DNA from: a virus
Taxonomy: Duplodnaviria; Caudoviricetes
IMG/VR virus record: IMGVR_UViG_3300036841_000225
Location: 1 to 36,077 of that record
Reading direction: 5' to 3' (one strand)
Length of the DNA: 36,077 bases
Positions 9,104 through 16,926 of the stretch are shown piece after piece. A program made the translations under genes and the position numbers. Numbering within the stretch: the first letter of the stretch is position 1; each line of letters begins with the position of its first letter. Below the pieces are notes generated by a model that made no database searches, was not told the origin of the DNA, and saw only the letters and a program-made list of their open reading frames with translations.

Positions 9104-10236
9104 GTTGCAAAGCCCTGCTCAGTGGGAAAAGAACTGAGACTGGATGCGCGAAGGACACTTAATCAGCCCTGCTTGGCGTTGCAAAGCCCTGCTCAGTGGG
9201 AAAAGAACTGAGACATGCCTGCTGCCGAAGATTTCGGGACTCGTTTATTGGTTGCAAAGCCCTGCTCAGTGGGAAAAGAACTGAGACGAACGATTGCCGC
9301 TATCAAGCGCGGGCACTGGTTTCGTTGCAAAGCCCTGCTCAGTGGGAAAAGAACTGAGACATGGCATGTGGTTAGAATCCGTTTTCCGGGATGCGACCGT
9401 TGCAAAGCCCTGCTCAGTGGGAAAAGAACTGAGACAGGATTTCCTCAATGTTACATGCGCGGAATACCGCGTTGCAAAGCCCTGCTCAGTGGGAAAAGAA
9501 CTGAGACCCGCTCTTGCACTTCCCAGGGCAGCATGGCGCGCATGGTTGCAAAGCCCTGCTCAGTGGGAAAAGAACTGAGACCGTACAAAAACCCACTGCA
9601 CCCGCCGCCGGAAGTTGTTGCAAAGCCCTGCTCAGTGGGAAAAGAACTGAGACGTCGTTTCAACGACCGAGTTTGATCATCTCGCGTCGTGTTGCAAAGC
9701 CCTGCTCAGTGGGAAAAGAACTGAGACATTGATCCTCGATTCGCCCACGGCGGTAAACGCCACTGTTGCAAAGCCCTGCTCAGTGGGAAAAGAACTGAGA
9801 CAGCACATGCGAGATGCGGGGATGCTTGGCGCGCATGGTTGCAAAGCCCTGCTCAGTGGGAAAAGAACTGAGACACTGCTAATTCTCGTGCACAATGTCT
9901 TTGAAGTGGGTTGCAAAGCCCTGCTCAGTGGGAAAAGAACTGAGACTCCCGATGAACCAAAGCTGTTTGCGCTTGTCCACGGTTGCAAAGCCCTGCTCAG
10001 TGGGAAAAGAACTGAGACTGAGCAGTAAACAGAAATCCACCCTGATCCAAATTGGTTGCAAAGCCCTGCTCAGTGGGAAAAGAACTGAGACCAAAATCGC
10101 TGCGAGGAGTTCAATGAGAACGAAAGGTTGCAAAGCCCCGCTCAGTGGGAGAACAACTGAGACAAGATCTCGAACTCTCAAGTTCTGAATCCAGTATCGG
10201 TTGCAAGTCCCTGTTCAGTCCGTCGCCCGCCGGACA
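9104..10236 (+). CRISPR. CRISPR array: 37-bp repeat GTTGCAAAGCCCTGCTCAGTGGGAAAAGAACTGAGAC, 15 spacers of 35-38 bp
   Basis: Identical repeats start at 9104, 9178, 9251, 9324, 9399, 9471, 9545, 9617, 9691, 9765, 9838, 9910, 9982 and 10055. A 3-mismatch repeat is at 10127 and a decayed remnant at 10200. The repeat contains a CTCAGT/ACTGAG hairpin. Confidence 0.99.
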
Positions 10237-10298
10237 CGAGCCGATCGAGCCGTTCACGCGCCGGCAGTGGACGAACGCAGTGCGCAGAGCGGGCGTCG

Positions 10299-10568
10299 TC
10301 ATTGCAGCCACGCCTTTCGCGGAGCCTCAGGCCCCAATCGTTCGGAGGTATCGGCGAGATCACATCGTAAGGCTTGGATCTCGGCCTGTATGCTTCTGAT
10401 TTGGCCTTCGATAACCCTGCTTTCGACTCGAAGGTCTTTTACTCCAACTTCGATCTCGTTCCAGAGGCACACTAGGCGCACGACGCAGAAAACCGCTGTA
10501 GAAATCAAGTAGCCCAATACGAAGCTGCAGGCGAGACCCAGAAGCTTCCACAACAATGGCTCGGTCAT
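10299..10568 (-). CDS. TM plus coiled-coil hypothetical protein
   Basis: MTEPLLWKLLGLACSFVLGYLISTAVFCVV..; ATGA overlap with the upstream gene. Confidence 0.6.
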   Translation of the reverse strand: MTEPLLWKLLGLACSFVLGYLISTAVFCVVRLVCLWNEIEVGVKDLRVESRVIEGQIRSIQAEIQALRCDLADTSERLGPEAPRKAWLQ

Positions 10569-10876
10569 GAGGCCTTCTCCACGGCGGCCACCACCGTTTC
10601 CGTCGAGGCCGGCTTCGGCTTCACCGCCACCCTCTCCGGTTCCACCACGCGGAACGTCTGCCCGGTAGCCTCTTCCCATTCTGTGACTCTCCGGCGCGCC
10701 TCTTCTCGCGAAATGCCGTCGGCTTGAATCGCCGTGGAAAGAGAGAGCGGGCCGGTATAGGCGCAGAATTTTGCGGCTCTCGCGCGCGCCGGCCAAGTCT
10801 TCGCCGTGACCACCATCGGCTGGCGGGCGCGACGCAAGGCCGCGGGATCGACCTGCACTTCGGTCGTTTCAGCCAT
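10565..10876 (-). CDS. Hypothetical protein
   Basis: Starts MAETTEVQ after a GGAGG RBS; overlaps the stop of the replication gene. Confidence 0.65.
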   Translation of the reverse strand: MAETTEVQVDPAALRRARQPMVVTAKTWPARARAAKFCAYTGPLSLSTAIQADGISREEARRRVTEWEEATGQTFRVVEPERVAVKPKPASTETVVAAVEKAS

Positions 10877-11879
10877 GCTTCGCCTCCAGAAGCGCACTCG
10901 GATTTTCAGCCTGGCGCGGCGGTTTGCGCGGCGCACCGCGGCAACGCGGACAGGGTAAGAACTGCCGCTCAGGCGGCCAATCGAGCCAGACCGAATTCGG
11001 CACCTGCTCGCATTCCGGGTTGAAAATTTCGCCCGTTCCGCCGCACTCCGGGCACACTTCGCCTGCGCGATCCGGCGGACCAGTGCCGTTCACCAGGCCG
11101 GCGGGTTGCCCGCGACAGCGCGTTTCGAGATACGCCGGCACCGTCTCGCGCCAAAGTGCAGCGGATCGCTGCAGTTTGCCCTTGTGCGTGGCGAGCACCG
11201 CGTCCGAGATTTCGCCGTCATCGGCGTCCGGTTTCACCTGGCGGGCGCGTTCGACGATCTGCCGGACCAGCTCGCTGTCGGTTCCGGGGAATGCCTCGCG
11301 GACGAGCCTCTCCGTTTTCGGGAAATTTTGCGCGAAACGCGACGCCCCGGCGGCTGCGGCGGCTGCTTGCCCCTGCGCCGCGGGTTGCACGGCCTGCGGA
11401 GAGCGCTCCTCGCGCGCGCTAGCAGCAGCAGCCGAAGCTGCTGCTGTATATACCGAAGTAGAAGATGAAGAAGGAGCGTTATTCTCGCGTAACACAGGCG
11501 TTACGGGAGTTGCCTGTTCCGTCGTGCGCTTCCGTTCCCGCCATCTATGTTGCCTGTTTGCATTATCTTGCGCAGTTCGAGCTTCACGCTGAATGCGGCG
11601 GCAAACGAGCGTTATTTTGCCGTTACGCTCCGTTACGTCGGCTGTTTTCTTCTCGTTTAGTTCATCGATTGCCGAGCGGACTTCTTCGGGCGTCGCGGCG
11701 CAAATGCGGGCCAGTTCCAGAATCGTTCCAGTGATTGAGCCCTCGTCCGCAAGCTCCTCCATGGCGCAGATCAAGTCGAACCAGATGCCCCGCGTCGCCG
11801 GCTTGCACATGCGCACCCGCGGATCCTTGAACCAATCGCCGTTGTAGAACTGGAAAGCGGGACGATGGGGATACGCCAT
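10869..11879 (-). CDS. Phage replication initiator (DUF1376/YdaU-like N-terminus) with C-terminal CxxCxGxG Zn motif
   Basis: PAFQFYNGDWFKD..ATRGIWFDLICAM N-terminus, low-complexity linker, CPECGGTG and CPRCRG. Confidence 0.75.
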   Translation of the reverse strand: MAYPHRPAFQFYNGDWFKDPRVRMCKPATRGIWFDLICAMEELADEGSITGTILELARICAATPEEVRSAIDELNEKKTADVTERNGKITLVCRRIQREARTAQDNANRQHRWRERKRTTEQATPVTPVLRENNAPSSSSTSVYTAAASAAAASAREERSPQAVQPAAQGQAAAAAAGASRFAQNFPKTERLVREAFPGTDSELVRQIVERARQVKPDADDGEISDAVLATHKGKLQRSAALWRETVPAYLETRCRGQPAGLVNGTGPPDRAGEVCPECGGTGEIFNPECEQVPNSVWLDWPPERQFLPCPRCRGAPRKPPRQAENPSALLEAKHG

Positions 11880-11889
11880 ACGGATTTCC

Positions 11890-12933
11890 TCAAGCTGAGA
11901 CCGAAGCCAGGTCTGCCCACTCAAACAGCCCAATCTGCCGGCAGTGCGGGCTGAACCAGATGCGCTCACGGGCGGCATTCGTACGCCCCCGCGTTTCGCC
12001 ACTTTGCTGGTTCGCGTAGCCGCCGTTCGCTCGCCATGCAACACATTGCCAATTCACCGGCATTTCGTGCTCGCCTTCGTAGCCGCAGAGTGCAATCCGT
12101 AGCATTGGGTCCGAACCGTGGACGATCGCCCAATTCCGAACATCCGCTGCAATGTGGCGATCCTCTTCGGCGTAACAGTCTTGTCGATCGGCCGAATAGG
12201 GCGGATCCAGAAAAATACCTGTAAGTCCGATCTTTGTCGTCGGGGACGGACCTAGAACTCGCAACCAGTCGCCACAACAGACGCGCGTTCGTCGGAGCCT
12301 CGCTGCCAATGCCATGAAATAGCTGTGAATATCCGACGCGTAGAGGGCATGGATGCCGCGACCGCTTGCCCCGCCGTCGCCGCTGATATCCGGCTTTTGC
12401 AAGGGCAGCTTGGCCGCTCGATGAATTCCGCAGCCTCCACGCTTCAAATTTGGACGCTTCCACCAGTTTTCTGCATGGATTCCGCGATGCGATCGCTCAC
12501 AAGAACTTCGTCCAGTCCAGTCCGGACGCACACACCAGCCGGATCCAATCCATAGCGAAACGCCCCAAACCCACCAGCCCGCGATCTTTGCGTCAAAAAA
12601 TTCCGGATCCCCGATCATCCGCTCGCGGAATTCCGACTGCGCAACGAGCCAGCGATGACGCGCATGTAGATCGGCCTCATTTACCGGCCAGTCAGCATGG
12701 TGCGCAAGAGTTTCGGGATCATACTGAAGAGCCCGCCAGAAATTGGCAAGGTAGCAGTCTTTGTCGTTGACCGTTTCATTGCGGCCCGGGCCACCTGGTC
12801 GCGAGAGCAAAACAGCCAGGCTGCCGGCGAAGGGTTCGACATAATTCGGAACGTCACCGAAACGTTCCCAGATGAGATGCGCAACTCGCGCCTTGCCACC
12901 AAACCAAGGGAAGGGCGCTTTGAGTGCCTTCAC
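11890..12933 (-). CDS. DNA adenine methyltransferase (Dam/D12 class)
   Basis: PFPWFGGK, YVEPFAGS, ETVND and FLDPPY motifs. GTG start overlaps the upstream stop. Confidence 0.92.
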   Translation of the reverse strand: MKALKAPFPWFGGKARVAHLIWERFGDVPNYVEPFAGSLAVLLSRPGGPGRNETVNDKDCYLANFWRALQYDPETLAHHADWPVNEADLHARHRWLVAQSEFRERMIGDPEFFDAKIAGWWVWGVSLWIGSGWCVRPDWTGRSSCERSHRGIHAENWWKRPNLKRGGCGIHRAAKLPLQKPDISGDGGASGRGIHALYASDIHSYFMALAARLRRTRVCCGDWLRVLGPSPTTKIGLTGIFLDPPYSADRQDCYAEEDRHIAADVRNWAIVHGSDPMLRIALCGYEGEHEMPVNWQCVAWRANGGYANQQSGETRGRTNAARERIWFSPHCRQIGLFEWADLASVSA

Positions 12934-13271
12934 GCCTTCCTCCGAAACTGCTTCGCTTCCGGGCAATTCGCGAAGTGATTCACCGCATCCGCCGTGTACG
13001 GCGCGATCTTACCGCTGGCATGCTCGATGAAGTAGAGGGTGACGCCGCAGGCCTTGCACGGCCGGATCTCTTTCGCAGCGCGCCAGAGCAGATCGAATAC
13101 GCGGTCTTCGAGCGCAAGCAAGCGCGAAGTTTGCTCCGAAGACTCGCACCCTCCTTTCCTACCGCTTTGTTCCTCGCGCCTGCCTTCTGCCTCCGAAATG
13201 ACGTCGTCCGCAGCCTGCTGCGCGGCCAGGCCGCGCCGAGCAAAGTCCATCAGTTGGTCTACGTCGCTCAT
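12930..13271 (-). CDS. Hypothetical Zn-binding phage protein
   Basis: CKACG..HFANCP motif. Confidence 0.7.
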   Translation of the reverse strand: MSDVDQLMDFARRGLAAQQAADDVISEAEGRREEQSGRKGGCESSEQTSRLLALEDRVFDLLWRAAKEIRPCKACGVTLYFIEHASGKIAPYTADAVNHFANCPEAKQFRRKA

Positions 13272-13615
13272 CGGCCCTCCGCTTTCGCCAGCGCCTCTCT
13301 GGCTTTGCGGTTCGCATGGCGCAGAGCAACTTCCGCGCCGGTTCCTACCTTCGCGAACGACAATTCTTCAGTGGTAATCGCTTCAACGAAACGCAGCGCC
13401 TCGTATAGCTCCGGCGCCGCGGCAATCAGGCGCGCGTTCGCGTCATCTTGCTCATCCGAAGCAATGCCCGATTCCGGTGCCACGATAAACCAGAATTCTG
13501 TCTCACCAATCAGGCAGCCGCTATCGGTATCAGCAACGACGGCCCACGGACCCGGCGTGAAGGTCGCTTCCCGTTTTTCGACCGGACTTGCGGCCGTCAA
13601 TTCATTTCGACGCAT
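13268..13615 (-). CDS. Conserved phage hypothetical protein
   Basis: TPGPW..ANARLIAAAPELYEAL, a widespread phage motif. Confidence 0.8.
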   Translation of the reverse strand: MRRNELTAASPVEKREATFTPGPWAVVADTDSGCLIGETEFWFIVAPESGIASDEQDDANARLIAAAPELYEALRFVEAITTEELSFAKVGTGAEVALRHANRKAREALAKAEGR

Positions 13616-13848
13616 ATCTTTGCCTCCTTCTCCCGCTTCGCGCGCCAGCTATCGGCCCAATCGACGACCAGCTTGATCAGGCATTTCCGGCTGCAGGCGT
13701 GCTTTTCGCCCAGCCGCTGCGAGTCAGTTTCACTCGGCTCGACCAGCACGCAGGGCGACGAAACTCCGAAATGCAGCGCGTACCAATCTTCGGCCGGTCC
13801 TTCGTGCGTGATCCCGCAGACGTCGCAACGGAGAAGTTTGGTTTGCAT
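13597..13848 (-). CDS. Hypothetical Zn-binding protein
   Basis: CDVCG..HACSRKC. Confidence 0.7.
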   Translation of the reverse strand: MQTKLLRCDVCGITHEGPAEDWYALHFGVSSPCVLVEPSETDSQRLGEKHACSRKCLIKLVVDWADSWRAKREKEAKICVEMN

Positions 13849-14102
13849 CAGGTTTCGACTTTCTCCGCAGCTTCTTCATTGATAGCGGCGATGATCGCGA
13901 TGGCAAGATCTGCCTGTGGCTTGGAGGGATGAATACCGTGCGCTTTGCCGCGATCGAGAATGTCGTCGCAACGCCCGACGTCGATCGTCGGACCACCCGC
14001 AATGAGCCCATACATCTTGCAATCGGCAATCAGCCGCAAGGCGCAGGCTGCATCGACAGCCAGTTGCCACTCTTCGCGTGTCCGTGGGTCTTTCCTGCTC
14101 AC
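13848..14102 (-). CDS. Hypothetical protein
   Basis: 84-aa ORF with overlapping start/stop codons on both sides. Confidence 0.7.
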   Translation of the reverse strand: MSRKDPRTREEWQLAVDAACALRLIADCKMYGLIAGGPTIDVGRCDDILDRGKAHGIHPSKPQADLAIAIIAAINEEAAEKVET

Positions 14103-14344
14103 GCCGCACGCTCCTTACGCGCTTTTCCCGCTCTGCGTTGGGCTTGTCGCTCGGCCCGGATCTTCTCGGCCGCCCGCTGCGCCGCGTGCAAATACAGCCC
14201 CTCGTAGCTCACAGAGAAGGCCTCTCGCGCGCCGGCGCGCCGGATCTCCAGATAGCGGTCGTGGAGCGTCACGACCAGCGGCTTGGATTGGACAAGGACG
14301 GAGGTTTTGCGGGTGAGGGATGAGTCGGAGCGAAGCGCGGTCAT
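14099..14344 (-). CDS. Hypothetical basic protein
   Basis: MTALRSDSSLTRKT..; first gene downstream of attP. Confidence 0.65.
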   Translation of the reverse strand: MTALRSDSSLTRKTSVLVQSKPLVVTLHDRYLEIRRAGAREAFSVSYEGLYLHAAQRAAEKIRAERQAQRRAGKARKERAA

Positions 14345-14387
14345 GAAGTTGTGTTTTACTGCGGAATGAATCGGGATGCAAATCGGC

Positions 14388-14411
14388 GTCTCGTAATCTT
14401 CTCGTAATCCG
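14388..14411. repeat. Putative integrase arm-type site, left of the core
   Basis: GTCTCGTAATCTTCTCGTAATCCG (two TCTCGTAATC units); identical copy at 14626-14649. Confidence 0.75.
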
Positions 14412-14496
14412 TGTATACAGTTGTGTGTTTCTGTGCAATCAGCCAAACAAAATATCAAGCACTTAGGCTGTATTCGATCCTAGGGAAACACATAGA

Positions 14497-14559
14497 CACT
14501 GGATTTAGGTTCCAGCGCCTGTAATGGGCGTGGGAGTTCAAGTCTCCCCATCCGCACCA
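14497..14559 (+). other. attP: attP core: 3' portion of tRNA-Leu(TAG)
   Basis: Anticodon arm CTGGA-TTTAGGT-TCCAG, long variable arm, T-arm GGGAG-TTCAAGT-CTCCC, then CATCCGC-A-CCA. The 5' acceptor strand and D-arm are absent. Adjacent to the integrase stop. Confidence 0.9.
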
Positions 14560-14572
14560 ACAACTCCTTTCT

Positions 14573-15760
14573 TTAGTTAGGTTTGGTGCCATCGTCCAAT
14601 CCTGGCGCGAGTGGCGCCGGATTCTGTCTCGTAATCTTCTCGTAATCCGCGCCCGAAAAATTTTTTTCATGCCACGGCGCCATCTGCTCTCCAGTAGCCC
14701 GGACGCTCTTTCTGGCCGTGGCAGAGGTACGAATGTTGTAACGCTCATAGATGCTCATGGTGAGCATGCCTGCGACGGCCATAGCTTCTTTAGGCGGAAT
14801 TCCGGCCTCATCCATATTGGTTACGGCGGTGCGGCGTAAATCATGGAATACTATCCAGTCGCGGCCGACGCGCCGGGCGACACGTTTAAAGGCGTGGCTA
14901 AATGTAGATTTGCTGATGCGCTTTCCTCCGCGCTGGAACAGATAGGGACAAGCCGGGTCGCCAATCTGGAGCGCCCATTTCAGCATTTCCCGCATCGCCT
15001 GGGAATAGATCGGCACAGGATGCGGTTTACCATTCTTCGTCATACGCTCGCCTTGAAACCAGCCCGGTACTTCAAGGATCCCCGTCGTCTCCCAGTCCTT
15101 GGTCCATTCCCGTCGCAGCTTGAGTAGCTGGCCCCGGCGGACGCCAGTGTAATAACTGAAACACCAGACCGGCTTTTGGTAGTCCTCCAGTTCGCGCAGG
15201 AGAAGTTGATAATCTTCCATGCCGACGATGCCCTGCCGGATGCGGTCGGACTCGTCCAACTTTTTGATAAACAGAAGGCGCGGCTCCGGCCACAGCAGGC
15301 GTAGTGAACTGGTGATAATCGACAGTTCCCGGTTGATCGTTCCATTGCTCGTGTATTCGCCGGTCCGGGTCTTTTCCTGCTTGCGGCCCATAACGTAATC
15401 GCCCACATGCTGCAAGTTGAATTTCGAGCCGTCCAAATGCCCGAGGCGCGGACGGAGGTATTTCTCCACGCGCAATTGCTCGATGTATACACTGCGCTTG
15501 TTGATTAGAAGCTGCGCCAGGTATTTGTCAAAGAGCTGGCTCATGGTAACAACTGGACCGCGCTCCGCCTTCGCGTCCAGTTCGTCGCGCCATTGCTGGT
15601 ATGTTTTGCGGAAGGCGCGGTTTCGTAAAAGCTCCTCGCGATTCTTAGCGGGATAGTCCCTCTTGGAAAAGGTTTGGCATTGTCGCCGGTATTCGCACTG
15701 CCAGCCGGTTTTGGTTTCGCGGACCGTGCCGTCGCCGTGCGAGCGCTTGGGCCTGCTCAT
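14573..15760 (-). CDS. int: Tyrosine recombinase / phage integrase
   Basis: TINRELS, YTGVRRGQL, TKNG, FHDLRRTAVTNM and YERY. Start at ATG 15760 (MSRPKRSHGDG) overlaps the upstream stop. Confidence 0.95.
   Translation of the reverse strand: MSRPKRSHGDGTVRETKTGWQCEYRRQCQTFSKRDYPAKNREELLRNRAFRKTYQQWRDELDAKAERGPVVTMSQLFDKYLAQLLINKRSVYIEQLRVEKYLRPRLGHLDGSKFNLQHVGDYVMGRKQEKTRTGEYTSNGTINRELSIITSSLRLLWPEPRLLFIKKLDESDRIRQGIVGMEDYQLLLRELEDYQKPVWCFSYYTGVRRGQLLKLRREWTKDWETTGILEVPGWFQGERMTKNGKPHPVPIYSQAMREMLKWALQIGDPACPYLFQRGGKRISKSTFSHAFKRVARRVGRDWIVFHDLRRTAVTNMDEAGIPPKEAMAVAGMLTMSIYERYNIRTSATARKSVRATGEQMAPWHEKNFSGADYEKITRQNPAPLAPGLDDGTKPN
14626..14649. repeat. Putative integrase arm-type site, right of the core (inside the int 3' end)
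   Basis: Exact 24-bp copy of 14388-14411. Confidence 0.75.
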
Positions 15761-16053
15761 ACATTCTTCTCCGCATCGGCGAGCGCTGCCTCGGCGGTGT
15801 GCATCAGCTCGCGCAGCAATTCCTGCCATTGCTGTTGAGTATCGACGCGGCCGCGCGCAAGCAAGCGGCGCCGCCGTGGAAGTGTACGGAGAAAAAGTTC
15901 GCGTTCGGCATGCTCTTGCGTTTCGGCTGTGATCGTCTCGGTGTGGTATTCGCCGTTTTCCTTCTGATAATGCAGCTTCCATCGGTTGTTTGGACGGCGA
16001 ACTAACGATCCGGCGCCATGTGGGCGCTTGGGAGTTCCAGGCTTGGGCGGCAT
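15757..16053 (-). CDS. Stand-alone integrase-arm-domain-like protein
   Basis: KRPHGAGSLVRR..RW resembles the N-terminus of the adjacent integrase (KRSHGDGTVRE..W). Confidence 0.7.
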   Translation of the reverse strand: MPPKPGTPKRPHGAGSLVRRPNNRWKLHYQKENGEYHTETITAETQEHAERELFLRTLPRRRRLLARGRVDTQQQWQELLRELMHTAEAALADAEKNV

Positions 16054-16059
16054 AGCATA

Positions 16060-16090
16060 ATTATACCAGTAATTACGCCAAAATTACGAC
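16060..16090 (-). promoter_or_regulatory. Extended -10 promoter (TGGTATAAT) for a leaderless arm-protein/int transcript, with overlapping CGTAAT boxes
   Basis: TATAAT at 16065-16060 lies 6 nt before ATG 16053. ATTACG occurs at 16072 and 16083. Confidence 0.7.
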
Positions 16091-16101
16091 ACAAACTCAA
16101 A

Positions 16102-16377
16102 TCACTTCTTCTTTTTCTTCACCAGCGCCAGCACTTCGTTGATGTCGAAGCGCAAACGGCTGTCCAGGCCGTCCACCGGCGTCAGTTTGCCTTCTGCCAC
16201 CAGGTTGCGCACTCCGCCCACGCTCATGCCGTACATCTCGGATACCTCATCGATATCCACCAGCACGCGCTGGACGACGTGCAGCCGCTCGAATTCGTCG
16301 CGAATGGTACGCCGGAACACTTCCTCGATCGTCAGGGGCATAGCGGCGCATTCCTGCGTTTGCGATACTTTCTTCAA
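16102..16377 (-). CDS. Excisionase-like winged-HTH protein
   Basis: LVDIDEVSEMYGMSVGGVRNLVAEGKL..LRFDINEV; located upstream of int. Confidence 0.8.
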   Translation of the reverse strand: MKKVSQTQECAAMPLTIEEVFRRTIRDEFERLHVVQRVLVDIDEVSEMYGMSVGGVRNLVAEGKLTPVDGLDSRLRFDINEVLALVKKKKK

Positions 16378-16879
16378 CCGAACCTCGCTCGCGGCAATGC
16401 TCGTACTTCCTTTCTTAGAACTCCCTCACCACGGATCAATCCCTACATCCAGCGCCCGCTCGGTCCACAAGTCAATCTGCTCGTGCGAGGTGAGCGAATC
16501 GATCATGTCGCGCAGACTCGCCAGATCGTTCGTTCGCAGGCAACGGAGACACCACGGGCACAGCCATATCGTTTTACGAATTTCCCTGAGCGAATTCGAC
16601 GTCGGTCCTGGTACCGAGGGAGGTGCGTACCAGTAAAACTGACAATGGCGAATTTAGCTCCGATTGACCTCTGGATGCAAGAGTTTTTTGTCTCACAAGC
16701 CCTTGCCTTGTTTCGAGAACCACGTAATTACACTTGCATTACGAAGCACGTTGCAAAGCGTTTTTGTTTGGAAAGCGGTTGTCATTTCAATGAAATACGG
16801 GCTTATGGCAGGGAAGGAGGGTACTGGGTCCTAGAGGGCTTGAGACCTAGTACTAAATCCCCAGTTGTAGCATGCTTTA

Positions 16880-16896
16880 ATGCAACAATGTTGCAT
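16880..16896. promoter_or_regulatory. Palindromic operator candidate ATGCAACA-A-TGTTGCAT
   Basis: Perfect 8-bp inverted repeat about 30 bp upstream of the RHH gene, among further TGCA/GCATGC boxes. Confidence 0.55.
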
Positions 16897-16926
16897 GCTT
16901 GAATGCATTGATACCTTTTTTTATGA

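Noticed and set aside
9141-10199. Self-targeting spacers or a tracrRNA anti-repeat
   Set aside because: None seen by eye. Only an alignment can exclude partial matches, so neither is claimed.
9193-10399. ORFs inside the array (VAKPCSVGKELR repeats)
   Set aside because: These are translations of CRISPR repeats, not genes.
14460-14559. Functional phage tRNA-Leu gene
   Set aside because: The 5' acceptor strand (GCGGATG) and D-arm are missing; this is the attP homology segment.
15761-15982. N-terminal extension of the integrase in the ORF track
   Set aside because: It overlaps the 98-aa upstream gene in another frame; ATG 15760 with an ATGA overlap is the better start.
16750-16759. GTTGCAAAGC matching the first 10 nt of the CRISPR repeat
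   Set aside because: A single short match in a TGCA-rich control region far from the array; compatible with chance.
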